This document shows positions 1-8,175 of a stretch of DNA of 10,240 bases, piece by piece (position 1 is the first letter of the stretch; every line of letters starts with the position of its first letter). The translations under genes and the position numbers were made by a program. The notes under the pieces were generated by a model that saw only the letters and a list, made by a program, of their open reading frames with translations, did not search any database and was not told the origin of the DNA. Where the stretch lies: the NCBI GenBank assembly GCA_964247135.1, contig CAXTTL010000119.1, forward strand, positions 4,877 to 15,116, given 5' to 3'. The stretch is from an uncultured Deinococcales bacterium. GTDB taxonomy: Bacteria; Deinococcota; Deinococci; Deinococcales; JAAFIG01.

Positions 1-49
1 TGACTGCGACGTTAGGTTAGTTCGTTTACAAAAATCAAACATATGAGCT

Positions 50-1060
50 TCACCCACCTATCGCAACCATCGTGCGTTCCCGAATCTTGGGCAAAATATC
101 TCCCATGCGTTCTTTTCGGTGCGCCGCCTCGAGCAGCACGTCAATAATGCCTTCAATCGGGTTTTGGGAATCGAACGCCGCGCCAGCGTCCAGTTCGCGG
201 TCGGTCAGCAGGCAAGCCCGCACTTTGCGGTCTGCGGTCAGGCGCATTCTCGAGCACGCGCCGCAGAACGGTTCTGAGATCGGGTTGATGAAGCCAATGC
301 TGCCGGAAGACCCCGCAATTTTAAAAACTCGAGCGGGACTGCTTGGGTCGGTGGGGACAACCTCGAGCGTGCCAAATTCGCGTTCGATCATGGCTTTGGT
401 CTCACTTCCTGGCAGGAAAGCGTTTTTGTAGACGTCCAGTTGCGAGTTATTCAGGTGCATGTACTCAATAAACCGCACGTGCAAGGGCTTCTCGAGGCTT
501 AACCTTGCCATGTTGATGATCTCGAGGTCGTTGATGCCGCGAATGCTGACGGCGTTGATTTTGACGGGGTGCAGGTTTAACTCGAGCGCGAGGTCGATGG
601 CGTCAAGCACCACTTTCACGTCTCCTCCACCGGTGGCTTTGGCGAACACGGTTTGGTCGATGGCGTCCAGTGAAATGTTGACGCGGTTTAGTCCAGCCTC
701 GAGCAATTCCTTGTGACGGCGACGAAACAGGGTGCCGTTGGTGGTGATCGCAATGTCTTTGATGCCTGGGGTGGCGGCGGCGTTCGCCATCATTTCGGGC
801 AGTTCTTTGCGCAGCAAGGGTTCGCCGCCCGTAAAGCGTGCGGCGTCCAGACCCAGCAACGCGGAGGCGCGAACAAAATTGTCCACGTCGCGCACGCTGA
901 GCGTTCCGACGGGTTCGGGGTGCGTGTGACCGAGCGGGTCGCAGTAGGTGCAGTGGTAATTGCAACGCGGCGTGACCGAAATCCGCAGATCACGAATGAT
1001 GCGACCAAAACGGTCGATCAGGGCGGTGGGACGGTCAATCGTGGGCGTGGCAAGATTCAT
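50..1060 (-). CDS. moaA: GTP 3',8-cyclase (molybdenum cofactor biosynthesis radical SAM enzyme)
   Basis: N-terminal LIDRFGR..DLRISVT, radical SAM CxxxCxxC (CNYHCTYC), RFTGGEP, TTNG, NISLD, second cluster motif FCGACSRMRLTADRKVRACL, and the C-terminal M..IGG typical of MoaA. Confidence 0.96.
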   Translation of the reverse strand: MNLATPTIDRPTALIDRFGRIIRDLRISVTPRCNYHCTYCDPLGHTHPEPVGTLSVRDVDNFVRASALLGLDAARFTGGEPLLRKELPEMMANAAATPGIKDIAITTNGTLFRRRHKELLEAGLNRVNISLDAIDQTVFAKATGGGDVKVVLDAIDLALELNLHPVKINAVSIRGINDLEIINMARLSLEKPLHVRFIEYMHLNNSQLDVYKNAFLPGSETKAMIEREFGTLEVVPTDPSSPARVFKIAGSSGSIGFINPISEPFCGACSRMRLTADRKVRACLLTDRELDAGAAFDSQNPIEGIIDVLLEAAHRKERMGDILPKIRERTMVAIGG

Positions 1061-1069
1061 GAATGCGTT

Positions 1070-1075
1070 ATTCTA
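1070..1075 (-). promoter_or_regulatory. Putative -10 box (TAGAAT) 9 nt upstream of the moaA ATG; leaderless or very short leader
   Basis: Minus strand reads TAGAAT-AACGCATTC-ATG, with no Shine-Dalgarno before the ATG. Confidence 0.5.
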
Positions 1076-1114
1076 TGCGATCAAACCACTGGTGCGAGTT
1101 GTGCGGGTGACATT

Positions 1115-2269
1115 TCAAACATTCACAGCTTGCTCGAGATTCTTTGCCACCATCGGTTCGGCTTGCTCGAGTTTGGCTTTGACATCTGGGTATTTGATGA
1201 TGTTGAACCTCGAGTCGCGTTGGGCTGGGGTGAACCCTGCATCGTTGATGTGACGGATGATCTCGCGCTCGGTCACGCGCACGCGGTCGTGACCGCCGGC
1301 TTGACTGACCACATTTTCTTCCATCATGGTGCTGCCAAAATCGTTCGCGCCGTAAAACAAACCGACCTGCCCAACTTTAAAACCCAACGTGGGCCACGAC
1401 ACTTGAATGTTGGAAATGTTGTCCAGCGCCAGCCTCGAGACTGCCAAATTGCGCAAATATTCGTGGGCGGTTGCGCCTGGGGCTTTGCCGTGAAGGCGGG
1501 TGTGTTCGGTTTGCAGCGTCCACATGGCAAAACCAGAAAAACCATTGCCGCCGTGTACCGCATTGGCGCGGTCTTGTTGATCCCGAATTTTGATCATGTG
1601 CCTTGCGCGTTGGGTCAGGGTTTCACCAAAACCAATGACCATTGTGGAAATGGTGTACAAGCCCAAACCTTGGGCGACATCAAGAATTCTGAACCAGTCC
1701 GCGCTCGGAATTCGGGCGGGCGCAGCCTCGAGCCGTACCTCATCCTCGAGAATCTCGCCGCCGGCACCAGGCAAGCCGTCCAAGCCAGCGTCTTTCATGC
1801 GGCTGATAATCTCGAGCGCGTCAAGACCTGTGATGTGCTCGAGTCCAAGAATTTCTTCTGGGCTGAAAGCATCAATTTTAATGCTGGGATGGTGCTTTTT
1901 TAGGAATTCAAGCATCTCGAGATACCAGGAAAACGGCAGGGCTGGATTCACACCGCCTTGCAATAAAATGCGTGTCCCGCCAATTTCCTCGAGTTCCCTC
2001 ACTTTTTGCGAGATTTGCTCGAAGCTGAGGGTGTAGGCGTCATGTTGGCGCGGTGTGCGGTAAAAGGCGCAGAAGTTGCAACCGACGTTGCAAATGTTGG
2101 TGTAATTGATGTTGCGGTCAATCAGGTACGTGACGACATCGGGGCGCGTTTTGCTCAGGCGCATTTGATGTGCGGCACTTGCCAGGTCAGGCAGTGGCAA
2201 ATGGTACAACGCAACGATTTCTTCGAGGTTCAGCCTCGAGCCTGATAAAGCCCTATCAAGTAAATCCAT
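1115..2269 (-). CDS. mqnC: Cyclic dehypoxanthinyl futalosine synthase (futalosine menaquinone pathway, CofH/MqnC radical SAM family)
   Basis: VTYLIDRNINYTNICNVGCNFCAFYR, ILLQGG, LPGAGGEIL, TMVIGFGET, NIQVSW and GANDFGSTMMEENVVSQAG match the MqnC subfamily. Confidence 0.9.
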   Translation of the reverse strand: MDLLDRALSGSRLNLEEIVALYHLPLPDLASAAHQMRLSKTRPDVVTYLIDRNINYTNICNVGCNFCAFYRTPRQHDAYTLSFEQISQKVRELEEIGGTRILLQGGVNPALPFSWYLEMLEFLKKHHPSIKIDAFSPEEILGLEHITGLDALEIISRMKDAGLDGLPGAGGEILEDEVRLEAAPARIPSADWFRILDVAQGLGLYTISTMVIGFGETLTQRARHMIKIRDQQDRANAVHGGNGFSGFAMWTLQTEHTRLHGKAPGATAHEYLRNLAVSRLALDNISNIQVSWPTLGFKVGQVGLFYGANDFGSTMMEENVVSQAGGHDRVRVTEREIIRHINDAGFTPAQRDSRFNIIKYPDVKAKLEQAEPMVAKNLEQAVNV

Positions 2270-2275
2270 AACAGA

Positions 2276-2281
2276 ATGTTA
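2276..2281 (-). promoter_or_regulatory. Putative -10 box (TAACAT) 6 nt upstream of the mqnC ATG; leaderless mRNA
   Basis: Minus strand reads TAACAT-TCTGTT-ATG with no SD. It also lies in the small inverted repeat TAACA-GAA-TGTTA (2269-2281). Confidence 0.5.
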
Positions 2282-2375
2282 CGCCTCTTGACTTGGGTAC
2301 AACAGGTACACAACACCCGAAATTTCATTTTATCTTTACCTGTTCGGTTAAGATTGAGGCTCAAGGGGTGAAAAC

Positions 2376-2684
2376 ATGAAAAGATTTGGAATTGCGGTTC
2401 TTTTATTGTTGTCGTGTGTGGCGTTGGCGCAAACCGAAAAGAAAGTGATTGCGGTTGGCTACGCTTGTCAAACCAAAAGTATTTTTAAGATGTTGTACGC
2501 CATGAAGGACGCCAAAGCTCGAGCCAGCAAATTGGCACCGAACCTCAAAAGTGGTAATTGCGTCAACCTCAAAAAAGGCGACGCGGTCACGCAGACAGGC
2601 ACCAGTTTTGTCGATGATCTGGTGAAGGTCAAATACGCCAACAAACTGACCGAGTATTGGACTGCCAGCGAATTCTTGAATTGA
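2376..2684 (+). CDS. Small secreted hypothetical protein, basic, possibly with an SH3b-like C-terminal half
   Basis: SD-like AAGGGG upstream, a clear Sec signal peptide (MKRFGIAVLLLLSCVALA|Q), and two Cys in the mature part. It fills the gap between mqnC and the SDR. Confidence 0.8.
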   Translation: MKRFGIAVLLLLSCVALAQTEKKVIAVGYACQTKSIFKMLYAMKDAKARASKLAPNLKSGNCVNLKKGDAVTQTGTSFVDDLVKVKYANKLTEYWTASEFLN

Positions 2685-2687
2685 GCT

Positions 2688-3371
2688 TTAAACTTGCCGG
2701 TCGAACATGGCTGGCAAGTCAATTTCTTTGACGACCGTGCGCCTTGAAGTCTCGAGCACCGCCCGAACGAGGCGCACAATATCGGTTGGTGGAATCAGGT
2801 CTTCTCGCTCGAGATTGCCGTCCCAGGCAATGCTGCCAGGATTGATGACCGTCACGCCGATTTGTTGATCGCGCAAGTGCTCACGCAGGGCGTGGGCAAC
2901 GCCGCGCAAACCAAATTTACTGGCGGAGTATGCCACTTCGGGCATGGCCGTATTTTCCAGACCGTTGATGCTGCCGATCAAAATGATTTTCGGGTTGCTC
3001 GAGGTTTTGAGTTTGGGCAGCAAAGCTTGGGTTAACAAAATTGGTGCGATCAGGTTCACCTCGAGCACGGCGCGGGTTTCGGCTTCAGGAATCTGTTCAA
3101 AATCGTACTGACTCGAGAAAGCCCCGCTTTCCCAGATGCCAGCGTTGTGAATCACAACATCCAAACCCGTCTCGAGCTTGGCGGCAATCTGGGCATGAAC
3201 CCCAGCGCTCGAGAGGTCGGCTTGAATCCAGTGACGCCTCACACCGTCCTCGAGTTGCAAACTTGGGGGTGAATTCCTCGAGACCAGCCAGAGGGTGTCT
3301 GAAGGCTCTCCCAAGCCGCGTGAGAAGGCATCGCCCAAACCTCGAGATGCGCCTGTGATCAGGATGTTCAT
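2688..3371 (-). CDS. Short-chain dehydrogenase/reductase (SDR)
   Basis: ILITGASRGLG (TGxxxGxG), HNAG and the catalytic YSASK. Confidence 0.93.
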   Translation of the reverse strand: MNILITGASRGLGDAFSRGLGEPSDTLWLVSRNSPPSLQLEDGVRRHWIQADLSSAGVHAQIAAKLETGLDVVIHNAGIWESGAFSSQYDFEQIPEAETRAVLEVNLIAPILLTQALLPKLKTSSNPKIILIGSINGLENTAMPEVAYSASKFGLRGVAHALREHLRDQQIGVTVINPGSIAWDGNLEREDLIPPTDIVRLVRAVLETSRRTVVKEIDLPAMFDRQV

Positions 3372-3377
3372 GGCTGG

Positions 3378-3383
3378 AGTTTA
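3378..3383 (-). promoter_or_regulatory. Putative -10 box (TAAACT) 6 nt upstream of the SDR ATG; leaderless mRNA
   Basis: Minus strand reads TAAACT-CCAGCC-ATG with no SD. Confidence 0.55.
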
Positions 3384-3521
3384 AAGCGTTTTGAAACTTG
3401 AGGATGAGGGGTCTGAATTGCTGTGATTTTGGATTGGTGAGCACAAAGGATACGAGCGCCTGCTTCGCGCTCAATAAAGACTTAAATTTTGTATCCCCTC
3501 GAGTGACAACAAACAACCATA

Positions 3522-3540
3522 CCCAAGCCTCGAGCTTGGG
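3522..3540. repeat. Inverted repeat CCCAAGC-CTCGA-GCTTGGG upstream of acnA (possible operator or hairpin)
   Basis: Perfect 7-bp arms around a CTCGAG, immediately 5' of a TAAAAT (3542-3547) candidate -10 box. Confidence 0.5.
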
Positions 3541-3603
3541 CTAAAATGCCAAAGCTGCGGGTCTAAACGGACTCGAGATTCTAAAACCCAAGGACGGTCT
3601 GAC

Positions 3604-6324
3604 ATGGAACTCAAGAAGAACACTTTCGGCGCTAGAGACACCCTGCACGTGAACGGCAAAACCGTCAATTATTACCGTCTGGGCAAACTCGAGGAACACG
3701 GTTTTGACATTGCCAAACTGCCGTTCAGCATCAAAGTCATGCTCGAGAGCGTGTTGCGAAACTGCAACGGTTACGACGTGACCGAAGATGACGTGAAAAA
3801 CCTGGCGAATTACAACGCTGCCAAACCGCTCGAGGTTGAAATTCCGTTTAAACTGGCACGCGTGATCTTGCAAGACTTTACGGGCGTTCCTGCCGTGGTG
3901 GACTTGGCAAGTATGCGCACCGCCATGACCAAACTTGGCGGCGACCCACAAAAAATTAACCCATTAATTCCCGTGGATTTGGTGATTGATCACAGCGTTC
4001 AAGTCGATTTTTACGGCTCGAGCGACGCACTCCTTAAAAACTCCGAGATCGAATTTGACCGCAACCGCGAACGCTACGAATTTTTGCGTTGGGGGCAGCA
4101 GGCACTCGATAATTTCGGCGTTGTGCCACCTGCCAGCGGCATCGTTCACCAGGTCAACCTCGAGTATTTGGCAAAAGGCGTGATGAGCAAACTCGAGGAC
4201 GGCGCTACAGTGGTTTACCCAGATACGCTCGTCGGCACGGATTCGCACACCACCATGATTAACGGGCTTGGCATTGTCGGTTGGGGCGTCGGTGGTATCG
4301 AAGCCGAAGCCGTGATGCTCGGGCAACCCCTGTACATGCTGACCCCAGAGGTCGTGGGCTTTAAAATCACTGGCAAACTGCCCGAAGGTTCTACCGCCAC
4401 CGACCTTGCGCTGGTGGTCACGCAAATGCTGCGCAAAGCCAGCGTGGTTGGCAAATTCGTCGAATTTTACGGTTCTGGACTCTCGAGCATGACCCTGCCA
4501 GACCGCGCCACCATTGCCAACATGGCTCCAGAGTACGGCGCGACGATGGGTTTCTTCCCGATGGACGACGAAGCCATGCGTTACATGCGGCGCACAGGCA
4601 GGCTCGAGGATGAAGTTGAACTGGTCGCCGAGTACATGAAAGCCCAAGGCTTGTACCGCACCGATGCCACGCCAGACCCCGTGTTCTCGAGCATCATTGA
4701 ACTTGATTTGAGCACGGTCAAGCCGAGCCTGGCGGGTCCAGCCCGTCCGCAAGACCGCGTGCTCCTGGAGGACATGCAAAAAGTCTTCAAGCAAGCGCTG
4801 GTCGAGCCAAAAGACAAACGCGGTTATGCCTTAACACCCGCGCAACTCGAGGCACAAGGCACGATCAAAGATTTCAAGGGTTGGAGCGGCGAGATCACCC
4901 ACGGCAACGTTGTGATTGCCTCGATCACCAGTTGCACCAACACCAGCAACCCCAGCGTGATGCTTGGCGCAGGCATCTTGGCGAAAAAAGCGGTTGAACG
5001 TGGACTCTCGAGCAAGCCTTGGGTCAAGACTTCACTTGCCCCAGGCTCGAGGGTCGTGACCGAATATTTCAATGACGCGGGACTGACACCGTACTTGGAT
5101 CAACTTGGCTTCCAGACCGTCGGCTACGGTTGCACCACCTGCATTGGCAACTCTGGACCGCTCGACGAACCCGTGATTGCGGCGATCAACGAGGGCGATT
5201 TGGTCGCCGCCAGCGTGCTCTCGGGCAACAGGAATTTTGAAGGTCGCGTCAACCCGCACGTTCGCGCCAACTACCTGGCATCACCGCCGCTGGTGGTGGC
5301 TTACGCTTTGGCTGGAACGGTGGATATTAATCTCGAGACCGACCCAATTGGGCAAGACAAAGACGGCAACGACGTGTACTTGCGCGACATTTGGGCGAGC
5401 ACCGAAGAAATCGCGCAGCACCTCGACAACGCCACCAGCCCAGATACCTTCAGAAAAATCTATGACGGCATTGAGCAAAGTAACGCCCAATGGAACGCGA
5501 TTCCAGTCGCCGGCGGCGCGTTGTTCGACTGGCAAACGGACAGCACCTACATTCAAAACCCGCCGTACTTTGACGGACTCGAGCGCGAACCAGGCACAAT
5601 TCAGGCGGTTCACGGCGCTCGAGTCTTGCTATCACTGGGCGATTCGGTCACCACCGATCACATCTCCCCTGCTGGCGCGTTCAGCGCAAAATCGCCCGCC
5701 GGACAATTCCTAATTAACAGCGGCGTCAAGCTCGAGGATTTCAACAGCTACGGCTCGAGGCGCGGCAATGACCGTGTGATGACGCGAGGCACGTTTGCGA
5801 ATATTCGCATCAAGAACAAACTCGCTCCAGGCACGGAGGGCGGTGTGACCACACACTTCCCAACAAACGAGGTCGTCAGCGTCTACGAGGCGTCCTTGCG
5901 TTACAAAGCCGCAGGCACGCCGCTGGTGGTGCTGGGCGGCAAAGATTACGGCATGGGAAGCTCGAGGGACTGGGCGGCAAAAGGCACGATGCTGCTGGGC
6001 GTCAAAGCCGTGATTGTCGAATCGTTTGAACGCATTCACCGCAGCAACCTGGTTGGCATGGGCGTGCTGCCGCTGATGTTCAAAAATGGTCAGACCGCCG
6101 AAAGCCTGGGCTTGACCGGACGCGAAAGCTTTGATTTCCTGATTGACGACCACATCAAACCCCGCCAAGACGTGACCGTGCGCGTGACCGACGAGAACGG
6201 TGCGACTCGAGAATTTATTGCCTGGTTGCGCATTGATACCCCAGTCGAGGTGGATTACTACCGCAACGGTGGCATCTTGCAAACCGTATTGCGTCAGTTG
6301 CTCAAAGAATCCGTCACCGCTTAA
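3604..6324 (+). CDS. acnA: Aconitate hydratase A
   Basis: 906 aa with [80 protein letters not shown] and [17 protein letters not shown] upstream. Confidence 0.98.
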   Translation: MELKKNTFGARDTLHVNGKTVNYYRLGKLEEHGFDIAKLPFSIKVMLESVLRNCNGYDVTEDDVKNLANYNAAKPLEVEIPFKLARVILQDFTGVPAVVDLASMRTAMTKLGGDPQKINPLIPVDLVIDHSVQVDFYGSSDALLKNSEIEFDRNRERYEFLRWGQQALDNFGVVPPASGIVHQVNLEYLAKGVMSKLEDGATVVYPDTLVGTDSHTTMINGLGIVGWGVGGIEAEAVMLGQPLYMLTPEVVGFKITGKLPEGSTATDLALVVTQMLRKASVVGKFVEFYGSGLSSMTLPDRATIANMAPEYGATMGFFPMDDEAMRYMRRTGRLEDEVELVAEYMKAQGLYRTDATPDPVFSSIIELDLSTVKPSLAGPARPQDRVLLEDMQKVFKQALVEPKDKRGYALTPAQLEAQGTIKDFKGWSGEITHGNVVIASITSCTNTSNPSVMLGAGILAKKAVERGLSSKPWVKTSLAPGSRVVTEYFNDAGLTPYLDQLGFQTVGYGCTTCIGNSGPLDEPVIAAINEGDLVAASVLSGNRNFEGRVNPHVRANYLASPPLVVAYALAGTVDINLETDPIGQDKDGNDVYLRDIWASTEEIAQHLDNATSPDTFRKIYDGIEQSNAQWNAIPVAGGALFDWQTDSTYIQNPPYFDGLEREPGTIQAVHGARVLLSLGDSVTTDHISPAGAFSAKSPAGQFLINSGVKLEDFNSYGSRRGNDRVMTRGTFANIRIKNKLAPGTEGGVTTHFPTNEVVSVYEASLRYKAAGTPLVVLGGKDYGMGSSRDWAAKGTMLLGVKAVIVESFERIHRSNLVGMGVLPLMFKNGQTAESLGLTGRESFDFLIDDHIKPRQDVTVRVTDENGATREFIAWLRIDTPVEVDYYRNGGILQTVLRQLLKESVTA

Positions 6325-6345
6325 ATCGGAAAACAGTTTTAGCGA

Positions 6346-6377
6346 AATGCGGTGCTTTGATTCTCGAGCACCGCATT
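6346..6377. other. Intergenic stem-loop after acnA (11-bp perfect stem, 10-nt loop)
   Basis: AATGCGGTGCT (6346-6356) pairs with AGCACCGCATT (6367-6377). No U-tract follows, so it is not a canonical intrinsic terminator. Confidence 0.65.
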
Positions 6378-6396
6378 CAGCATTCAAGGAGCTTCT

Positions 6397-7173
6397 ATGG
6401 ACACGCTCGAGTTTGCCGGAAAAGTTGGCATTGTCACAGGTGCAAGCAAGGGAATTGGACGCGCCATCGCTCAGAGCCTTTCCACTCAAGGTATGAAGCT
6501 CGTTCTGGTGGCTCGAAGCCAAAACTTGCTCGAGCAACTGGCGAAAGATTTACCAAATGATGCTTTGGTGCTTGCCAAAGACTTGCGCGACCCAGCCGCA
6601 CCCGCGCAAATGGTTGCGGCGACGCTCGAGCATTTTGGACGTTTGGATACCGTGGTCAACAATGCTGGCGCAACCAAACGCGGCGACTTCCTCGAGTTGA
6701 CGGATTCGGATTGGGAAGATGGTTTCGCGCTGAAATTCTTTGGCGCAATGCGTTTGTGCCGCGCCGCCTGGAGTTTCTTGCAAGAATCTCAAGGGGCAAT
6801 CGTCAACATTGCTGGCGTCGGCGGGCGCACGGCGAGCGCGGAATTTACAATTGGCGGTTCGGTGAATGCAGCCACGTTAAACCTGACCAAAGCCCTGGCG
6901 GAGCGCGGCATTGCTGACGGCGTGCGCGTGAACGCCATTAACCCTGGTTCAATCGCCACCGAACGCTTGCAAACCCGAGTGCAAAGTGTTGCCAAAAACA
7001 AAGGCTTGACTCCAGAAATCGCCGCGCTCGAGATGGCGGCATCTCTGGGCATCTCGAGGTTTGGACAACCTGAAGAAATAGCGAACGTGGTCGCGTTTTT
7101 GCTTTCCAGCCGCTCGAGTTACATGCAGGGTGCAATTGTGGATGTGGACGGGGGACAGATTCGCACGCTTTAA
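6397..7173 (+). CDS. SDR family oxidoreductase with an atypical catalytic motif
   Basis: IVTGASKGIG, VNNAG, VRVNAINPG and C-terminal VDGG. SD AAGGAG upstream. The usual YxxxK position reads GSVNAA. Confidence 0.92.
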   Translation: MDTLEFAGKVGIVTGASKGIGRAIAQSLSTQGMKLVLVARSQNLLEQLAKDLPNDALVLAKDLRDPAAPAQMVAATLEHFGRLDTVVNNAGATKRGDFLELTDSDWEDGFALKFFGAMRLCRAAWSFLQESQGAIVNIAGVGGRTASAEFTIGGSVNAATLNLTKALAERGIADGVRVNAINPGSIATERLQTRVQSVAKNKGLTPEIAALEMAASLGISRFGQPEEIANVVAFLLSSRSSYMQGAIVDVDGGQIRTL

Positions 7174-7694
7174 TTTGTACCGCTCGAGACAGTTTTGACC
7201 AAGCCTTCGATTCTGGAAGTGACTTCCGCACCGTGCAAGTCTTCGTTTTTCACCACATACACAAATTTCACCACATACACAAACCTCGGCGCAACCCAAG
7301 CCCGAAAATCCAGCATGAGTGAATTGGCGAATCCCATCACGCTCATGTACGAATTCTTACCGCCAGCCGTGCAAATAAACCCGACCACCGCACCCTCGAG
7401 CCAGGTGTCGCCAACAAGTTCAATAAAGTTTTTCGCAGCGGCGGAAACATCGTAATTGTAAATCGCCACCGTAAAAATGATTTTGCGGTACTTGGAAACT
7501 CGAGCCGTGAGTTCGGTCACGATGCTCGAGTCAAACGAGTTGGCTGCACCCGCCATCGGCAGGTCGTAATCGCGCAGGTCGAGCACTTCGGCGTTGATGT
7601 TTTGAGTGTTGCAAACCTCGAGCGCCACCCTTGCCAAAACTTGCGAGCGGCTGTCGGGGTCAAGGCTTGTACCGATAATCAAGATGTCATTCAT
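7170..7694 (-). CDS. NADPH-dependent FMN reductase (flavodoxin-like)
   Basis: IIGTSLDPDSRS phosphate loop, IYNYDVSAAAKNFIE and AGGKNSY. Start moved from 7712 to 7694 because AGGAG lies 4 nt before that ATG. Confidence 0.85.
   Translation of the reverse strand: MNDILIIGTSLDPDSRSQVLARVALEVCNTQNINAEVLDLRDYDLPMAGAANSFDSSIVTELTARVSKYRKIIFTVAIYNYDVSAAAKNFIELVGDTWLEGAVVGFICTAGGKNSYMSVMGFANSLMLDFRAWVAPRFVYVVKFVYVVKNEDLHGAEVTSRIEGLVKTVSSGTN
7248..7283. repeat. Perfect 18-bp tandem duplication (TTTCACCACATACACAAA x2), in frame, giving FVYVVK-FVYVVK
   Basis: 7248-7265 and 7266-7283 are identical. Confidence 0.97.
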
Positions 7695-7778
7695 GGTGCT
7701 CCTGAAATGCACTAAATTTCAAACTCGAGCGAAAGTTTCTCGAGCAAAATACTGCGGACCGTATAGGCTTGATGTTGG

Positions 7779-8093
7779 TCAATACACAAATCGTTCGTAC
7801 ACAGCTCGTTCGGTTTTGATTTTAAGTCTGGTCATCATTTCTTGTGGGTTAAAACCAAGCCTTTGAAATTCGGCTTTGACCTCATTTCGTGCGTTTTCAA
7901 TGGCGGTTTCATTTTCCCAAACGGCTGTTGTGATGATGTCATATTGCCCATTTCCATCTGTTTTTTCGTACAGATAACCTTCCACAAAACCTGGTAAGAA
8001 TTTAAGAAAACCTTGTACTTTGCGGGTGTTTTCCAGGAATTCAACTCGAGATTCTTCGGGAACGCTAAAGAGATCAACTAAAACTTTTTGCAT
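7779..8093 (-). CDS. Antibiotic biosynthesis monooxygenase (ABM)-like dimeric alpha+beta barrel protein
   Basis: About 104 aa with F.VP....EF, LPGFVEGYLYE and TTAVWEN. Start placed at ATG 8093 behind AAGGGG. AT-rich. Confidence 0.75.
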   Translation of the reverse strand: MQKVLVDLFSVPEESRVEFLENTRKVQGFLKFLPGFVEGYLYEKTDGNGQYDIITTAVWENETAIENARNEVKAEFQRLGFNPQEMMTRLKIKTERAVYERFVY

Positions 8094-8175
8094 TTTTTGC
8101 CCCTTTGTTTGATCGACGCTCAATTGCGTTTACAACATGCGATTTGAGTCTCCAATAGCCCTCGAGTAATGTTTT

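Noticed and set aside
713-1903. 396-aa plus-strand ORF
   Set aside because: It is antisense to moaA and mqnC and has no recognisable motifs; a shadow ORF.
50-2269. Two adjacent radical SAM genes as a novel RiPP or cofactor cluster
   Set aside because: Both are clearly assignable housekeeping enzymes (MoaA, MqnC) of unrelated pathways, and no precursor peptide is evident.
2295-2316. Short direct repeat GGTACA(AC) in the mqnC/secreted-gene intergenic region
   Set aside because: Only two short imperfect copies; indistinguishable from chance.
3097-3668. Minus-strand ORFs 3097-3516 and 3471-3668 spanning the SDR/acnA intergenic region
   Set aside because: They overlap real genes, lack an RBS or motifs, and the region looks like a divergent promoter.
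6330-6340. AAAAC-A-GTTTT as an iron-responsive element after acnA
   Set aside because: The stem is too weak and there is no CAGUG loop or bulged C.
3964-6537. Minus-strand ORFs of 276 aa (3964-4794) and 275 aa (5710-6537)
   Set aside because: Antisense shadows of acnA, caused by codon bias.
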